Virus record (IMG/VR): IMGVR_UViG_3300027659_000010
Length of the DNA stretch: 64,000 bases
Reading direction: 5' to 3' (one strand)
Origin: a virus
Part shown: one piece after another, positions 8,317 through 16,907 of the stretch
Numbering within the stretch: position 1 is the stretch's first letter
Layout: each line of letters begins with the position of its first letter
Position numbers and translations under genes: made by a program
Notes under the pieces: model-generated
Database searches by the model: none
Told to the model about the DNA's origin: nothing
What the model saw: only the letters and a program-made list of their open reading frames with translations

Positions 8317-10787
8317 GGTAATTTTTCTCCACGTTGCGGGAATGCAAGGTATTTATCCTCTATTTCACCGTCTATGATATCTATGACGTAGCGATCTGCT
8401 ACGAAATCGATGGTTTTAAAATCAAACTCGCTGGCACGAATTCTAGCTAAAACATTAACTGCTGTGCCGGGATTGCAATAGCATAAGGGCAGAGCTTTGA
8501 CATAGCCAGTTTCGTATGATTCTTGATCCTGTATACTGCGCATCCATAGAGGCAGGAATTCGCGATCATTTAGACCAGTTTCAGCCATACGCCTCCGCAT
8601 GTTTTTAATACTGTTTGGAAATATTCTTTGATGGTCACTGTCGCTGACTAATGGGATATCACTGTCGATTTTTATGCTGTCGTAGCTGATCAGCACTGGA
8701 CTGTTAATATTGTTGGGTAGATTTACCGTGCCACTGATACTGCTGCCATTTTTTTCCAAAGGATCAACGATGTTGACATATATGACTTCGTATATGGTTT
8801 CCTGGGTCTGAGAGTTTTTGGCTTTGGCTATTCCTAAATCGCCAAACTGTAATCTCTTGCGATAATGATTTCTACTCATGCTCTGCACATAGCGTACAGC
8901 TTCTACGCTTTCTATGCCCGCATAGACCAAGACCTGTAATGCGGTCTGCACACCAAAGTTCGGATCGCCATATCTATACAGATCACTGGGTTGAAAAATA
9001 GTAGCGTCTGTGATAAAATTATACCAAGCCAATCTTTTGGATTTTGTTTGGAATGCCTTGACATACAGATTAGCGAATGTGTTGGAATTTTCTGCTGTCA
9101 CAGTGATATTGAATGTTCGATTAAGGGTAGCGAAATTTACACTGTCTCTAGCTCGTATAGTAAATGTGAATTTTTTATCGAATTTAGTAATACCGCCATC
9201 AAACGTGGCAGTAAAATCTCTGCTTAGACTGGAACTGTCCTCTGCAGGCGCTAGACTGTCCGAGACTTCGTAGAATCTAGTGAGCCCCGGGCCCGCATCG
9301 TCTGCGAATTGTTTGACCTTGCCTTGGATATCTCCTGTGGGCACAAAAGTCAGTCCCGGCGGCAGTGTGCCTGATACAAATTCATAACCTATCCTACCAC
9401 CATACAACAGTGTTTCTGCTTGAACATATTTCTGACTGGGTTGATTAGGTTTGATAGTGCCGAGATCGCTGTCTGTGATCCACTCCACCGCGCTGTCAAT
9501 TTCGCCTACTATTTGCACTGTGAACTGTTTATCAGCGGTTGAAACTCCCGCGATCCAGAATTCTAAATCTGTAGGCAGTCGATTGCGATGTGCTATGGTA
9601 CAGATGTAGATCAGTCCTAGATATAGCACAGCATCATAGGCTAGATAGTTAGTGCTGTTATTCCATATGCCTTTGAGAGTATAGTTGGCATATGCCAAAC
9701 TGCTGGGGAAATTTGCAGCCCGCATAGTGAACATATAGGTACGTGAAACTCTGGCCTGGTAAGGCACACGTCCCGCTATTTCACCAGTGATACTGTCTAG
9801 CGCCATGCCTGGGGGAAGTTGACTAGGCGAAAGATCTGCATTAGTAGGTAGTAGGAAATAAGTTATAGTGCCAGTCAATGACGGTGGATCATATACATCT
9901 AGATAGATAGTAACGTAGTTGTTGGCCCGGAATCTACCAAGATTGGATTCAGTGATCCATATAGGTGTTCGATCGCTGTTGGCATCTGAGGTAAACAGAT
10001 TGGTATCAACCTGCATGATTGAATTATCTGCCTGTAGGAATTCTTCAGTAACCACATATATCTTAAACAATCTGGTTTCTGTATGCACACCGTCTGTGAC
10101 AGCTACTATGAATGTGTAGATTCTGCTGAGTCTTCTAGGTGATCGGCTGGGCTCGTTGTAGTCAAAATACTGTGAGTCATAGACAAAGGTATCAAACCCG
10201 TTGGATCTAGCCTCAACGAAATCTAAAGGTGTCACATCCAGGGGCGCAGTATCGTAGCCTCCAGATGCGTCTCTGAGATATTCCAACGCAAATATAGGGT
10301 CAGTGAATCCTGAGATTACTCCGTCTCTACTCAGAGTCAATCCCGGAGGCAGCAGTCCGCCATTGGGCACCAGATAAAATTCCAATTTATCTCCAGCGAT
10401 GAGATCGGTATCACGGGCTTCTAGTTGGAAGTTGACCTGAGCGTTGTCTAACACAAAGTATGCTTCAGCAGGCCCTATGTTAAGGAAGCCTTCTTTGGTG
10501 AGCCATATTGGGGCATCTGAACCATCCACTGACAGGCTAAAGGTACGATCTTCTATGTCTACACCATCAAAAGCACGGATCACAAATCTGCTGGTGGTGT
10601 AGACCTTGACCTCAGTAGGCGAACCTTTAATAGCATTATTGCTGAGTCTAAGACCTCTAGGCAAGGTGCCTGCCAACAGGGTCATTGTGACTGTGCCTAG
10701 GTTGCTGTTGGCTGACAAAGGCAAATCGACTATGATACGTTCAGTGAGTATGCCTAGGCTGCCAGCTGGGGTGATCCAAGTGATCAT
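8313..10787 (-). CDS. large Ig-like (He_PIG) repeat structural protein, putative baseplate wedge
   Basis: Repeated LP(P/R)G(L/M).L...G.I.G motifs and F.IRA.D strands; 824 aa. Confidence 0.65.
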   Translation of the reverse strand: MITWITPAGSLGILTERIIVDLPLSANSNLGTVTMTLLAGTLPRGLRLSNNAIKGSPTEVKVYTTSRFVIRAFDGVDIEDRTFSLSVDGSDAPIWLTKEGFLNIGPAEAYFVLDNAQVNFQLEARDTDLIAGDKLEFYLVPNGGLLPPGLTLSRDGVISGFTDPIFALEYLRDASGGYDTAPLDVTPLDFVEARSNGFDTFVYDSQYFDYNEPSRSPRRLSRIYTFIVAVTDGVHTETRLFKIYVVTEEFLQADNSIMQVDTNLFTSDANSDRTPIWITESNLGRFRANNYVTIYLDVYDPPSLTGTITYFLLPTNADLSPSQLPPGMALDSITGEIAGRVPYQARVSRTYMFTMRAANFPSSLAYANYTLKGIWNNSTNYLAYDAVLYLGLIYICTIAHRNRLPTDLEFWIAGVSTADKQFTVQIVGEIDSAVEWITDSDLGTIKPNQPSQKYVQAETLLYGGRIGYEFVSGTLPPGLTFVPTGDIQGKVKQFADDAGPGLTRFYEVSDSLAPAEDSSSLSRDFTATFDGGITKFDKKFTFTIRARDSVNFATLNRTFNITVTAENSNTFANLYVKAFQTKSKRLAWYNFITDATIFQPSDLYRYGDPNFGVQTALQVLVYAGIESVEAVRYVQSMSRNHYRKRLQFGDLGIAKAKNSQTQETIYEVIYVNIVDPLEKNGSSISGTVNLPNNINSPVLISYDSIKIDSDIPLVSDSDHQRIFPNSIKNMRRRMAETGLNDREFLPLWMRSIQDQESYETGYVKALPLCYCNPGTAVNVLARIRASEFDFKTIDFVADRYVIDIIDGEIEDKYLAFPQRGEKLP

Positions 10788-10799
10788 CGGAGTTGTCCC

Positions 10800-11375
10800 T
10801 TAGACAATGCTGCCGCAGTCTAGATCAAATCTGCCTGGCAGAGTAATTGTGCCAAAATCCATATTAGATGCTGCGAACAGCGCCTGCATGGAGTTGTTAA
10901 GTGTGCCGGTAATGGCACCAAAATCATATGAGGTTAATATATCTGTTACTGGTATAATGGTTTTGATCGAAATAGCAGAACCAAAGGCAGTGACTTCAAT
11001 GTCTTTGACACTGGTTACAGACCCCGGAGCTGCTGTACCTGCTATAGTGATCTGTTGATGTGTGCCGGCTAACATCACACCGGCGTCTGTGTCTATTCTA
11101 GTAAACGCATCTGGAGCTGTGCTGTTGACCACTATGCTGGTGTCTGTGTCAGTGAGCAGCATTTTTGTACCGCTTACTAATTTTTTAAATCTCAATTCTG
11201 CGCCGACTTTTTCTTTGAACACGCCCACGCCGGTATTATTAACGTTGACAGCAGTGATAGTTAACTGCGCACTTAAATCTGAGAAGTTGGCATTTACTTT
11301 CTGGAACGCGGTGCGTAGATCGTCACCTAGGCCGTCATTTACCACATTGCCGATATTGATTGTTTGTATTGTCAT
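10800..11375 (-). CDS. baseplate/tail-fibre connector-like protein
   Basis: N-terminal NDGLGDDLRTAFQKVNANF (T4 gp9/gp10-like motif); C-terminal DFG repeats. Confidence 0.65.
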   Translation of the reverse strand: MTIQTINIGNVVNDGLGDDLRTAFQKVNANFSDLSAQLTITAVNVNNTGVGVFKEKVGAELRFKKLVSGTKMLLTDTDTSIVVNSTAPDAFTRIDTDAGVMLAGTHQQITIAGTAAPGSVTSVKDIEVTAFGSAISIKTIIPVTDILTSYDFGAITGTLNNSMQALFAASNMDFGTITLPGRFDLDCGSIV

Positions 11376-11426
11376 ATCACGCTCTCTTTATTGTGTATTT
11401 ACCGTTTATTAGTATCCAATTATGCA

Positions 11427-11470
11427 GGAGTTTTGCAAACTAAAAAATTAAAATTATTAGTAGCCAAAGT
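11427..11470 (-). repeat. 44-nt imperfect direct repeat, intergenic copy of 12157-12200
   Basis: 39/44 identical to 12157-12200; reads TLATNNFNFLVCKTPA-stop. Confidence 0.85.
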
Positions 11471-11486
11471 AGTGTAATAAAAACAT

Positions 11487-12542
11487 TTAAATTCCGTAGG
11501 TACCTTTAACTGCATTGTAATTCTGAGTTATCTCAGCACCAGACAATGCTCTGTTATACACTCGCATCTGATAAAAAACTGGATAATCAGCTGAATTTGA
11601 GTTGTTTATTGTATCCGTTAAACCTGTACCGTTATTTAAATGCCTTGCCCCAAAATAAAAATCACCTGTCGCAAAGAGTGTTTGATTATTGATAGTATCA
11701 GTTGTTCCAACTTGTGAACCATTTAGAAACAGACTAATTTGTGTGCCATTGATAACAAAAATCCAATGTCTTATAGCATTACTAGCAGTTATGGTTACTG
11801 TGGTTTCATTATTAGGAATACCATAACCTATCTCTGTTGAAGAATTCAAATATGCTAGGTATCCACTGTTATTATCATAAAATTCATTACCCCAAATAGG
11901 TGCCCAAAATGATGTTGGATTAAATGAAGCAACCACTTCAACTGTTACAGTGTTTGAAGCAATATTGTAAGGGACACTGATATAATCCGTACCATTTGCA
12001 TCCGCATTGTTTAGTCTTATGCCACCACCATTGTTTGACACATACGATGGAGAACCTTGTAGCGTTGCATTACGACTATTGCCACTAGAATCAGTCCATG
12101 TAGTTCCAGATGTTGGTGCAGTTTGTAAATTGAATTGCAAACCTGAAGTTACGATTGGAGTTTTGCAAACTAAAAAATTGAAATTATTAGCATTCGAAGT
12201 TCCAACATTAGCCCCGGTAAAAAAATTAACAACACGCCCAGACTCTGAAGTCCAAATATTGTAAGCATGGCTCGAAAATACCCACCCATAAACACTTTGG
12301 GCATCAGCATAACTCAGTACTGCTGCAAGACTTTGAATTTCTGCAACAGTGGCCGTTCGCCATGTTCCTGGCGGAAAGTCTAAACCTGTGAAGTTTGCGG
12401 CGTAGGTTTGTGCTGCTGCATAAGTCCCACCAGTGGTCATAGGAGCCCATGTCAACCCAGCTAGAGTAACATATCCTGCTGGCAGTAGTGAGAGGCGTCG
12501 TCGACGACCAAACTTGAATGTGCCTGTGAATGAACCCAGCAT
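11487..12542 (-). CDS. putative receptor-binding protein: C-type-lectin/DUF1566-like domain plus LamG-like (concanavalin) domain
   Basis: LTW..WRTATVAEIQSL..IWTS..NFLVC in the N-terminal half; SLFLNG and RVYNRALSGAEITQNYNA LamG-type C-terminus. Confidence 0.7.
   Translation of the reverse strand: MLGSFTGTFKFGRRRRLSLLPAGYVTLAGLTWAPMTTGGTYAAAQTYAANFTGLDFPPGTWRTATVAEIQSLAAVLSYADAQSVYGWVFSSHAYNIWTSESGRVVNFFTGANVGTSNANNFNFLVCKTPIVTSGLQFNLQTAPTSGTTWTDSSGNSRNATLQGSPSYVSNNGGGIRLNNADANGTDYISVPYNIASNTVTVEVVASFNPTSFWAPIWGNEFYDNNSGYLAYLNSSTEIGYGIPNNETTVTITASNAIRHWIFVINGTQISLFLNGSQVGTTDTINNQTLFATGDFYFGARHLNNGTGLTDTINNSNSADYPVFYQMRVYNRALSGAEITQNYNAVKGTYGI
12157..12200 (-). repeat. 44-nt imperfect direct repeat, intragenic copy at lectin/LamG junction
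   Basis: Encodes TSNANNFNFLVCKTP; partner copy at 11427-11470. Confidence 0.85.
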
Positions 12543-12543
12543 G

Positions 12544-14847
12544 TTAGAATCCTGTTAGTTGTCCCAGCACGATGTAAGTGCCAGAATTGTTTATGATACT
12601 AAATGTCACCACATCAGTTCTGTTGGTGCTGGGTGTTGGTGTGACATTGCCCTGCCAGTTTAAGGTTTGTATTACTCCACCTATCCCAACAGAGTTGGGA
12701 ATAAAGCCTGTACCGCCTTGTTCTATTATCAAAGTCAATGCGGTAGCATAGCCGCTAGATAAATTTAAATTGGTAAAGTTTACCGTAAAAAGGGCATCTG
12801 GGCTGGTGTGATAGAATATATGTCCTAGAGAACAATCGTGTGTTACAATACCTGTGGCATCTGCTTTGGTTTGAAACTTTTCGTGTACACCGTTGTCTAT
12901 TTTGAGAATACCCGCAACCTGTATACCACCCGGAGTTTCAAGATTGCCATCTTCACCAAACTGCCAACGGCGTAGAGTTGAGTCTGCAAGGTTGATGTCA
13001 ATGTTGATGTTGCCGTTGCTCTTGATATCACCCGATAAGGTTAAATCACCGTTGACAATGGTATTGCCAACATGGATGTCCACATTACCACCTACCAGTG
13101 GTCGAGAGTATTCTATACTAAAGCTATTTGATACACCGTTGACCGCATAGTCATAGCTCAATGTTCCGTATTGATAATCACCACTGGCATCAGTGAAAAT
13201 TGAAGTGGAGACTGATGTGTTGATGCTGGATACGCCATTCACATAAGGTAGACCTGAACTGTCGAGTATGGTGCCACCTGCTGGTAGTGTTAAATTACCA
13301 TCCTCACCGAATGACCATCTGCGTAGAGTTGAGTCACTCAAGTTGATATCAATGTCAATGTTGCCTTCACTGCGTAGTTGACTAACTGTGCCAGTCCAGG
13401 CTGTGGTTTGAACTGTAGTATCAGGGAATGTCAAACTGCCATTTGCTTTAAATGTCCATTCCTTGTCAAAATCTCCATTCATTGGATTGTAGGCGCCTGT
13501 TATTATTTTGACATCACCTGCACCATCGGCGCCACTGCCAACTATCACTCCTGAAAAGGCTGTTGCCGCTACATTGTTTTCAGGGTTAGCGTTTGTCCAT
13601 TGTAAAGAAGCCTGACCTGTGGATCCACCTGAGTAAACTATTATTGGGGTATTGGCACTGCCCTGGATACTTCCATAGGATGTGGATGCCAGTATAGACA
13701 CCTTGCCACCCGGTAATGTTAAAATGCCATCCTCACCAAACTGCCAACGGCGTAGAGTTGAATCACTCAAGTTGATGTCAATGTTGATGTTGCCTTCACT
13801 GGTGATATCACTGCTGTAGGAAACTTCTTTGGTGGCAGCGTTGTATTGCAACACTCCGCTGGTGCCGCCAATATTTCTAATTGGTGCTACATAAAAACTA
13901 TTAGTTTGTGCGGCAACCCCGTCGACTGCACTACCGCTGGCATTTAATATGATTGTGTTGTCAGGTTGATCTGTCTGTCCAGCGAAACGACCAATGGCTA
14001 TGGCATCCTCACCCTGTGCTGAATTACCAGCATAACTACCTATGGCCACTGCATAAGGACTTTGATTGGAGAATCCGGCTCGTTGTCCCACTGCCACTGC
14101 CTCGTAACTTTGGTTAACTTGGCCAGCACCGTATCCAACTGCTACTGAAAACCCGCCTTGGGTAGTAGAACCAGCACTGTTACCGACTGCTACAGAGCTG
14201 ACTCCTTGTGTTGTGGCTCCTGCTCCATAACCTATGGCCACTGACAGTGGGCCTTGTGAAGTCTGACCAGCAAACGCACCAACGGCCACACTACTGGAGC
14301 CTTGTGAAGTCTGACCAGCATTTGAACCTAATGCTATTTTAGTTTCTGATGTTCGTAACCCCGTAGCACTAACGATGCCTGGGGCTTCTAGGTTCCCATT
14401 TGAGCCAAGACTGACAGTATAAGCACCGTTGACCAATGTACTGCTCGGAGTATTTACTTGACCGCCATTAACTGTTAGGTTACCATTGGCATCTAGGCCT
14501 ACTGCTGTGCCACCGATGTAGATAGTGTTGTTGCTGACATAGAGACTACGCCAAGGCAGTGTGCTTGAGCCTAGATCTCCACCAAGAGCAGTCTGGGGAA
14601 GAATATCCCCACCCACAGACAGGTTGCTGGTTACGGTGGTAGCTTGATCTATGACAATACTTGAGCTATCATCTGTGCTGATAGTGCTGCCTAGAAATGT
14701 TAGTGCAGTATCTTGTCCTGTAGTAGCAAGTCCTACCGCTTCGTAGAGTTCTGTGAAGTTAGCATTGACTTTTTGGAACGCTGCTCGTAGGCTATCGCCT
14801 TTCTTGTCATTAGCTGCGGTGCCTACATTAATGTTTTGTTTTGCCAT
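12544..14847 (-). CDS. tail fibre protein with YadA-head-like repeats
   Basis: NDKKGDSLRAAFQKVNANF N-terminus, 16-aa AVA(I/V)G..AG...Q repeats, three NIDINL.DSTLRRW.FGEDG modules. Confidence 0.8.
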   Translation of the reverse strand: MAKQNINVGTAANDKKGDSLRAAFQKVNANFTELYEAVGLATTGQDTALTFLGSTISTDDSSSIVIDQATTVTSNLSVGGDILPQTALGGDLGSSTLPWRSLYVSNNTIYIGGTAVGLDANGNLTVNGGQVNTPSSTLVNGAYTVSLGSNGNLEAPGIVSATGLRTSETKIALGSNAGQTSQGSSSVAVGAFAGQTSQGPLSVAIGYGAGATTQGVSSVAVGNSAGSTTQGGFSVAVGYGAGQVNQSYEAVAVGQRAGFSNQSPYAVAIGSYAGNSAQGEDAIAIGRFAGQTDQPDNTIILNASGSAVDGVAAQTNSFYVAPIRNIGGTSGVLQYNAATKEVSYSSDITSEGNINIDINLSDSTLRRWQFGEDGILTLPGGKVSILASTSYGSIQGSANTPIIVYSGGSTGQASLQWTNANPENNVAATAFSGVIVGSGADGAGDVKIITGAYNPMNGDFDKEWTFKANGSLTFPDTTVQTTAWTGTVSQLRSEGNIDIDINLSDSTLRRWSFGEDGNLTLPAGGTILDSSGLPYVNGVSSINTSVSTSIFTDASGDYQYGTLSYDYAVNGVSNSFSIEYSRPLVGGNVDIHVGNTIVNGDLTLSGDIKSNGNINIDINLADSTLRRWQFGEDGNLETPGGIQVAGILKIDNGVHEKFQTKADATGIVTHDCSLGHIFYHTSPDALFTVNFTNLNLSSGYATALTLIIEQGGTGFIPNSVGIGGVIQTLNWQGNVTPTPSTNRTDVVTFSIINNSGTYIVLGQLTGF
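12949..13801 (-). repeat. three dispersed ~70-nt repeats in tail fibre gene (~12949-13020, ~13299-13371, ~13728-13801)
   Basis: Near-identical DNA (cgtagagttga(g/a)tc..ttgat(g/a)tcaatgt..atgttgcc) encoding S.GNI.IDINL.DSTLRRW.FGEDG. Confidence 0.85.
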
Positions 14848-14858
14848 TTATCGCTCCG

Positions 14859-16907
14859 TTATACCAATGCTGCTATTCTTGTTTGGAAGTCAGCAAAGCT
14901 GGCGCTGGCTGCAACCACTGATTGTAATTCTGTGAGATTTATAACTCTACTGCCTTTTACAGTTAACCTTTCAGCTACAATGATATCGTTTTCAACAACA
15001 ACATCTGAATTGAATGTGGTCAGCACATCAACTGTTATGCTGCTAGAATCAGTGGTCGAAATTGTACTGTTAATAAACTCTAATGTTGATGTATAAAATA
15101 ATTCTTTGGTTGTGGTATTGTAAACAACAGGTCTAGCTGATAATGTAGTTGACCTAACAGGATCAACATAGAAGCCAGCTGTGGAACCGTTGAGTGCAAC
15201 TCCACTGGCATTGATTACAATACTGCCTGCTGTTTGACCTGTCTCTCCAGCTTTGTAACCAATAGCAATAGCATTGGCTCCTTGATTGATTTCGCCTGCT
15301 TCGGCACCTAAAGCTATACCGCGGAGACCCTGACTATTATTTCCTGCACCAGCACCCACAGCCACTGCATCACCACTCTGTGAGGTAGCACCGGCACCTT
15401 CGCCAATAGCCACTGTGGAGCCACCTTGTGATATATTGCCAGCGTTAACACCAATAGCCACTGCACTCATACCTTGATTATTTTGACCAGCACTAAATCC
15501 TAATGCAATTGCACTATTACTTTGATTAGTTTGACCAGCATTTTGACCTAACGCAAGTTTTGGTTCAGCGGTTCTTAATGTTGTAGCTTCTATATTACCG
15601 TAGACTGTGGCAGTGTTGCCATCTATGATCTGGGTAGAACTATCTGTAAACACAGAGCCTATGAATATACCTCTTAGTGTGCCACTCACAGCATCTACCA
15701 TCACTGTGGAATCATCTGCGAACACTGAACCACGCAAATCAAACACTGGATTCACCGCGATAGTTAAAATATCTTCGTTAGCAATGTCTGATTTAGTAAG
15801 AGTAATTCCTAGACCATTGTTTATGAACAATACATCACTGGCAGCGTCGGCCAGTAATCTGTTTGCACTATCACCGTTGACTTCGATTTGAGTAAACGCA
15901 TTTACCGCAGGTGCCGAGTTTGTGATAGTGACATCACCTGTGGCTACATCTGTTGAAACAGTGATACCTACACCGGACGATATCGTGATCACTCCGGTAT
16001 TGGTAACTCTGACGTTGTCACCGGTGCCAGCAGTGATGTTAATACCAGCACCTGTGGTTCTACCTGCGGGCAGTGCTGTGGTGCTCTGTAGGCTGCGGAC
16101 ACCTGAGTTAGTTACTGTGGTCGTGCCGCTTGCTGTTGCCACACTTATGCCTGAGCCTGCTGCTACACTAAGTACACCTGTGTTTGAGATAGTGATTGAG
16201 TCTGCACCCGAGCTTACCAGCATGCTGACACCACTACCACTGATCAAGTTTAGGGTGTCACCGAATTCTGTTGCTACCACACTGTTACCAGCGTCAACTT
16301 CGATGATTTTGAAGAATGTCTTTTCTGGATCTATTATCAAGCTAGTGCCAATACCAGTTATAGGATCACCGCCAACAGTAGAATTGGCCGGAAGATTAAT
16401 TGTCAGTCCAACCCCTTTGACCTGTGCTGCGCCCGCCCATAATCCGTTCAAGGGTTTTACCGCGGTATGCTCACTGCTGAACACAGCACCCCATTTGTGT
16501 GTGGTATCACCAAGATCACGTAAATTATCTGTGGTAGGACTCACATTGGTATCTAAACTGGTAAAGTCAATAGGCGTTAATCCGCTTCCGCCGCCTATGG
16601 TAGCGATTATAACATCAAAATTTTCATTGATCAGTGTAAACGCTTCATTCACGTCACTCCATAACAATGGAGGTGCTCCTACAGATATGTTGTTATTAAA
16701 TGCAGTGGCTGTGATCAAACTACTGCCATCTGAAACCACAGTCTGTGATAAATTCACAGTCCATGTGCTGCCTGATCCAGAAACGATAAAAGTACCTTGT
16801 AATACTTCAGTACCATACAGAGCGTTTCCTACTGTGATCGTACCTGATACCAACGTAGTTACAGTAAGGGTAGTTCCTGTGATAGACCCTAAAAATGTTG
16901 CTGCCAT
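14859..16907 (-). CDS. tail fibre protein with YadA-head-like repeats
   Basis: Gly/Ser/Thr-rich; TNTGV repeats, GSVF.D.ST repeats, AVAIG..AG...Q repeats; C-terminal FADFQTRIAAL. Confidence 0.8.
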   Translation of the reverse strand: MAATFLGSITGTTLTVTTLVSGTITVGNALYGTEVLQGTFIVSGSGSTWTVNLSQTVVSDGSSLITATAFNNNISVGAPPLLWSDVNEAFTLINENFDVIIATIGGGSGLTPIDFTSLDTNVSPTTDNLRDLGDTTHKWGAVFSSEHTAVKPLNGLWAGAAQVKGVGLTINLPANSTVGGDPITGIGTSLIIDPEKTFFKIIEVDAGNSVVATEFGDTLNLISGSGVSMLVSSGADSITISNTGVLSVAAGSGISVATASGTTTVTNSGVRSLQSTTALPAGRTTGAGINITAGTGDNVRVTNTGVITISSGVGITVSTDVATGDVTITNSAPAVNAFTQIEVNGDSANRLLADAASDVLFINNGLGITLTKSDIANEDILTIAVNPVFDLRGSVFADDSTVMVDAVSGTLRGIFIGSVFTDSSTQIIDGNTATVYGNIEATTLRTAEPKLALGQNAGQTNQSNSAIALGFSAGQNNQGMSAVAIGVNAGNISQGGSTVAIGEGAGATSQSGDAVAVGAGAGNNSQGLRGIALGAEAGEINQGANAIAIGYKAGETGQTAGSIVINASGVALNGSTAGFYVDPVRSTTLSARPVVYNTTTKELFYTSTLEFINSTISTTDSSSITVDVLTTFNSDVVVENDIIVAERLTVKGSRVINLTELQSVVAASASFADFQTRIAALV

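Noticed and set aside
11427-12200. Diversity-generating retroelement TR/VR pair at the lectin-domain C-terminus
   Set aside because: The repeat is only 44 nt, its mismatches include C/T and G/A changes rather than adenine-only changes, and there is no reverse transcriptase in the window.
14251-14320. 22-nt direct repeats with a 48-nt period resembling a CRISPR array
   Set aside because: Only two copies, in frame, encoding 16-aa beta-roll repeats of the tail fibre; no cas genes.
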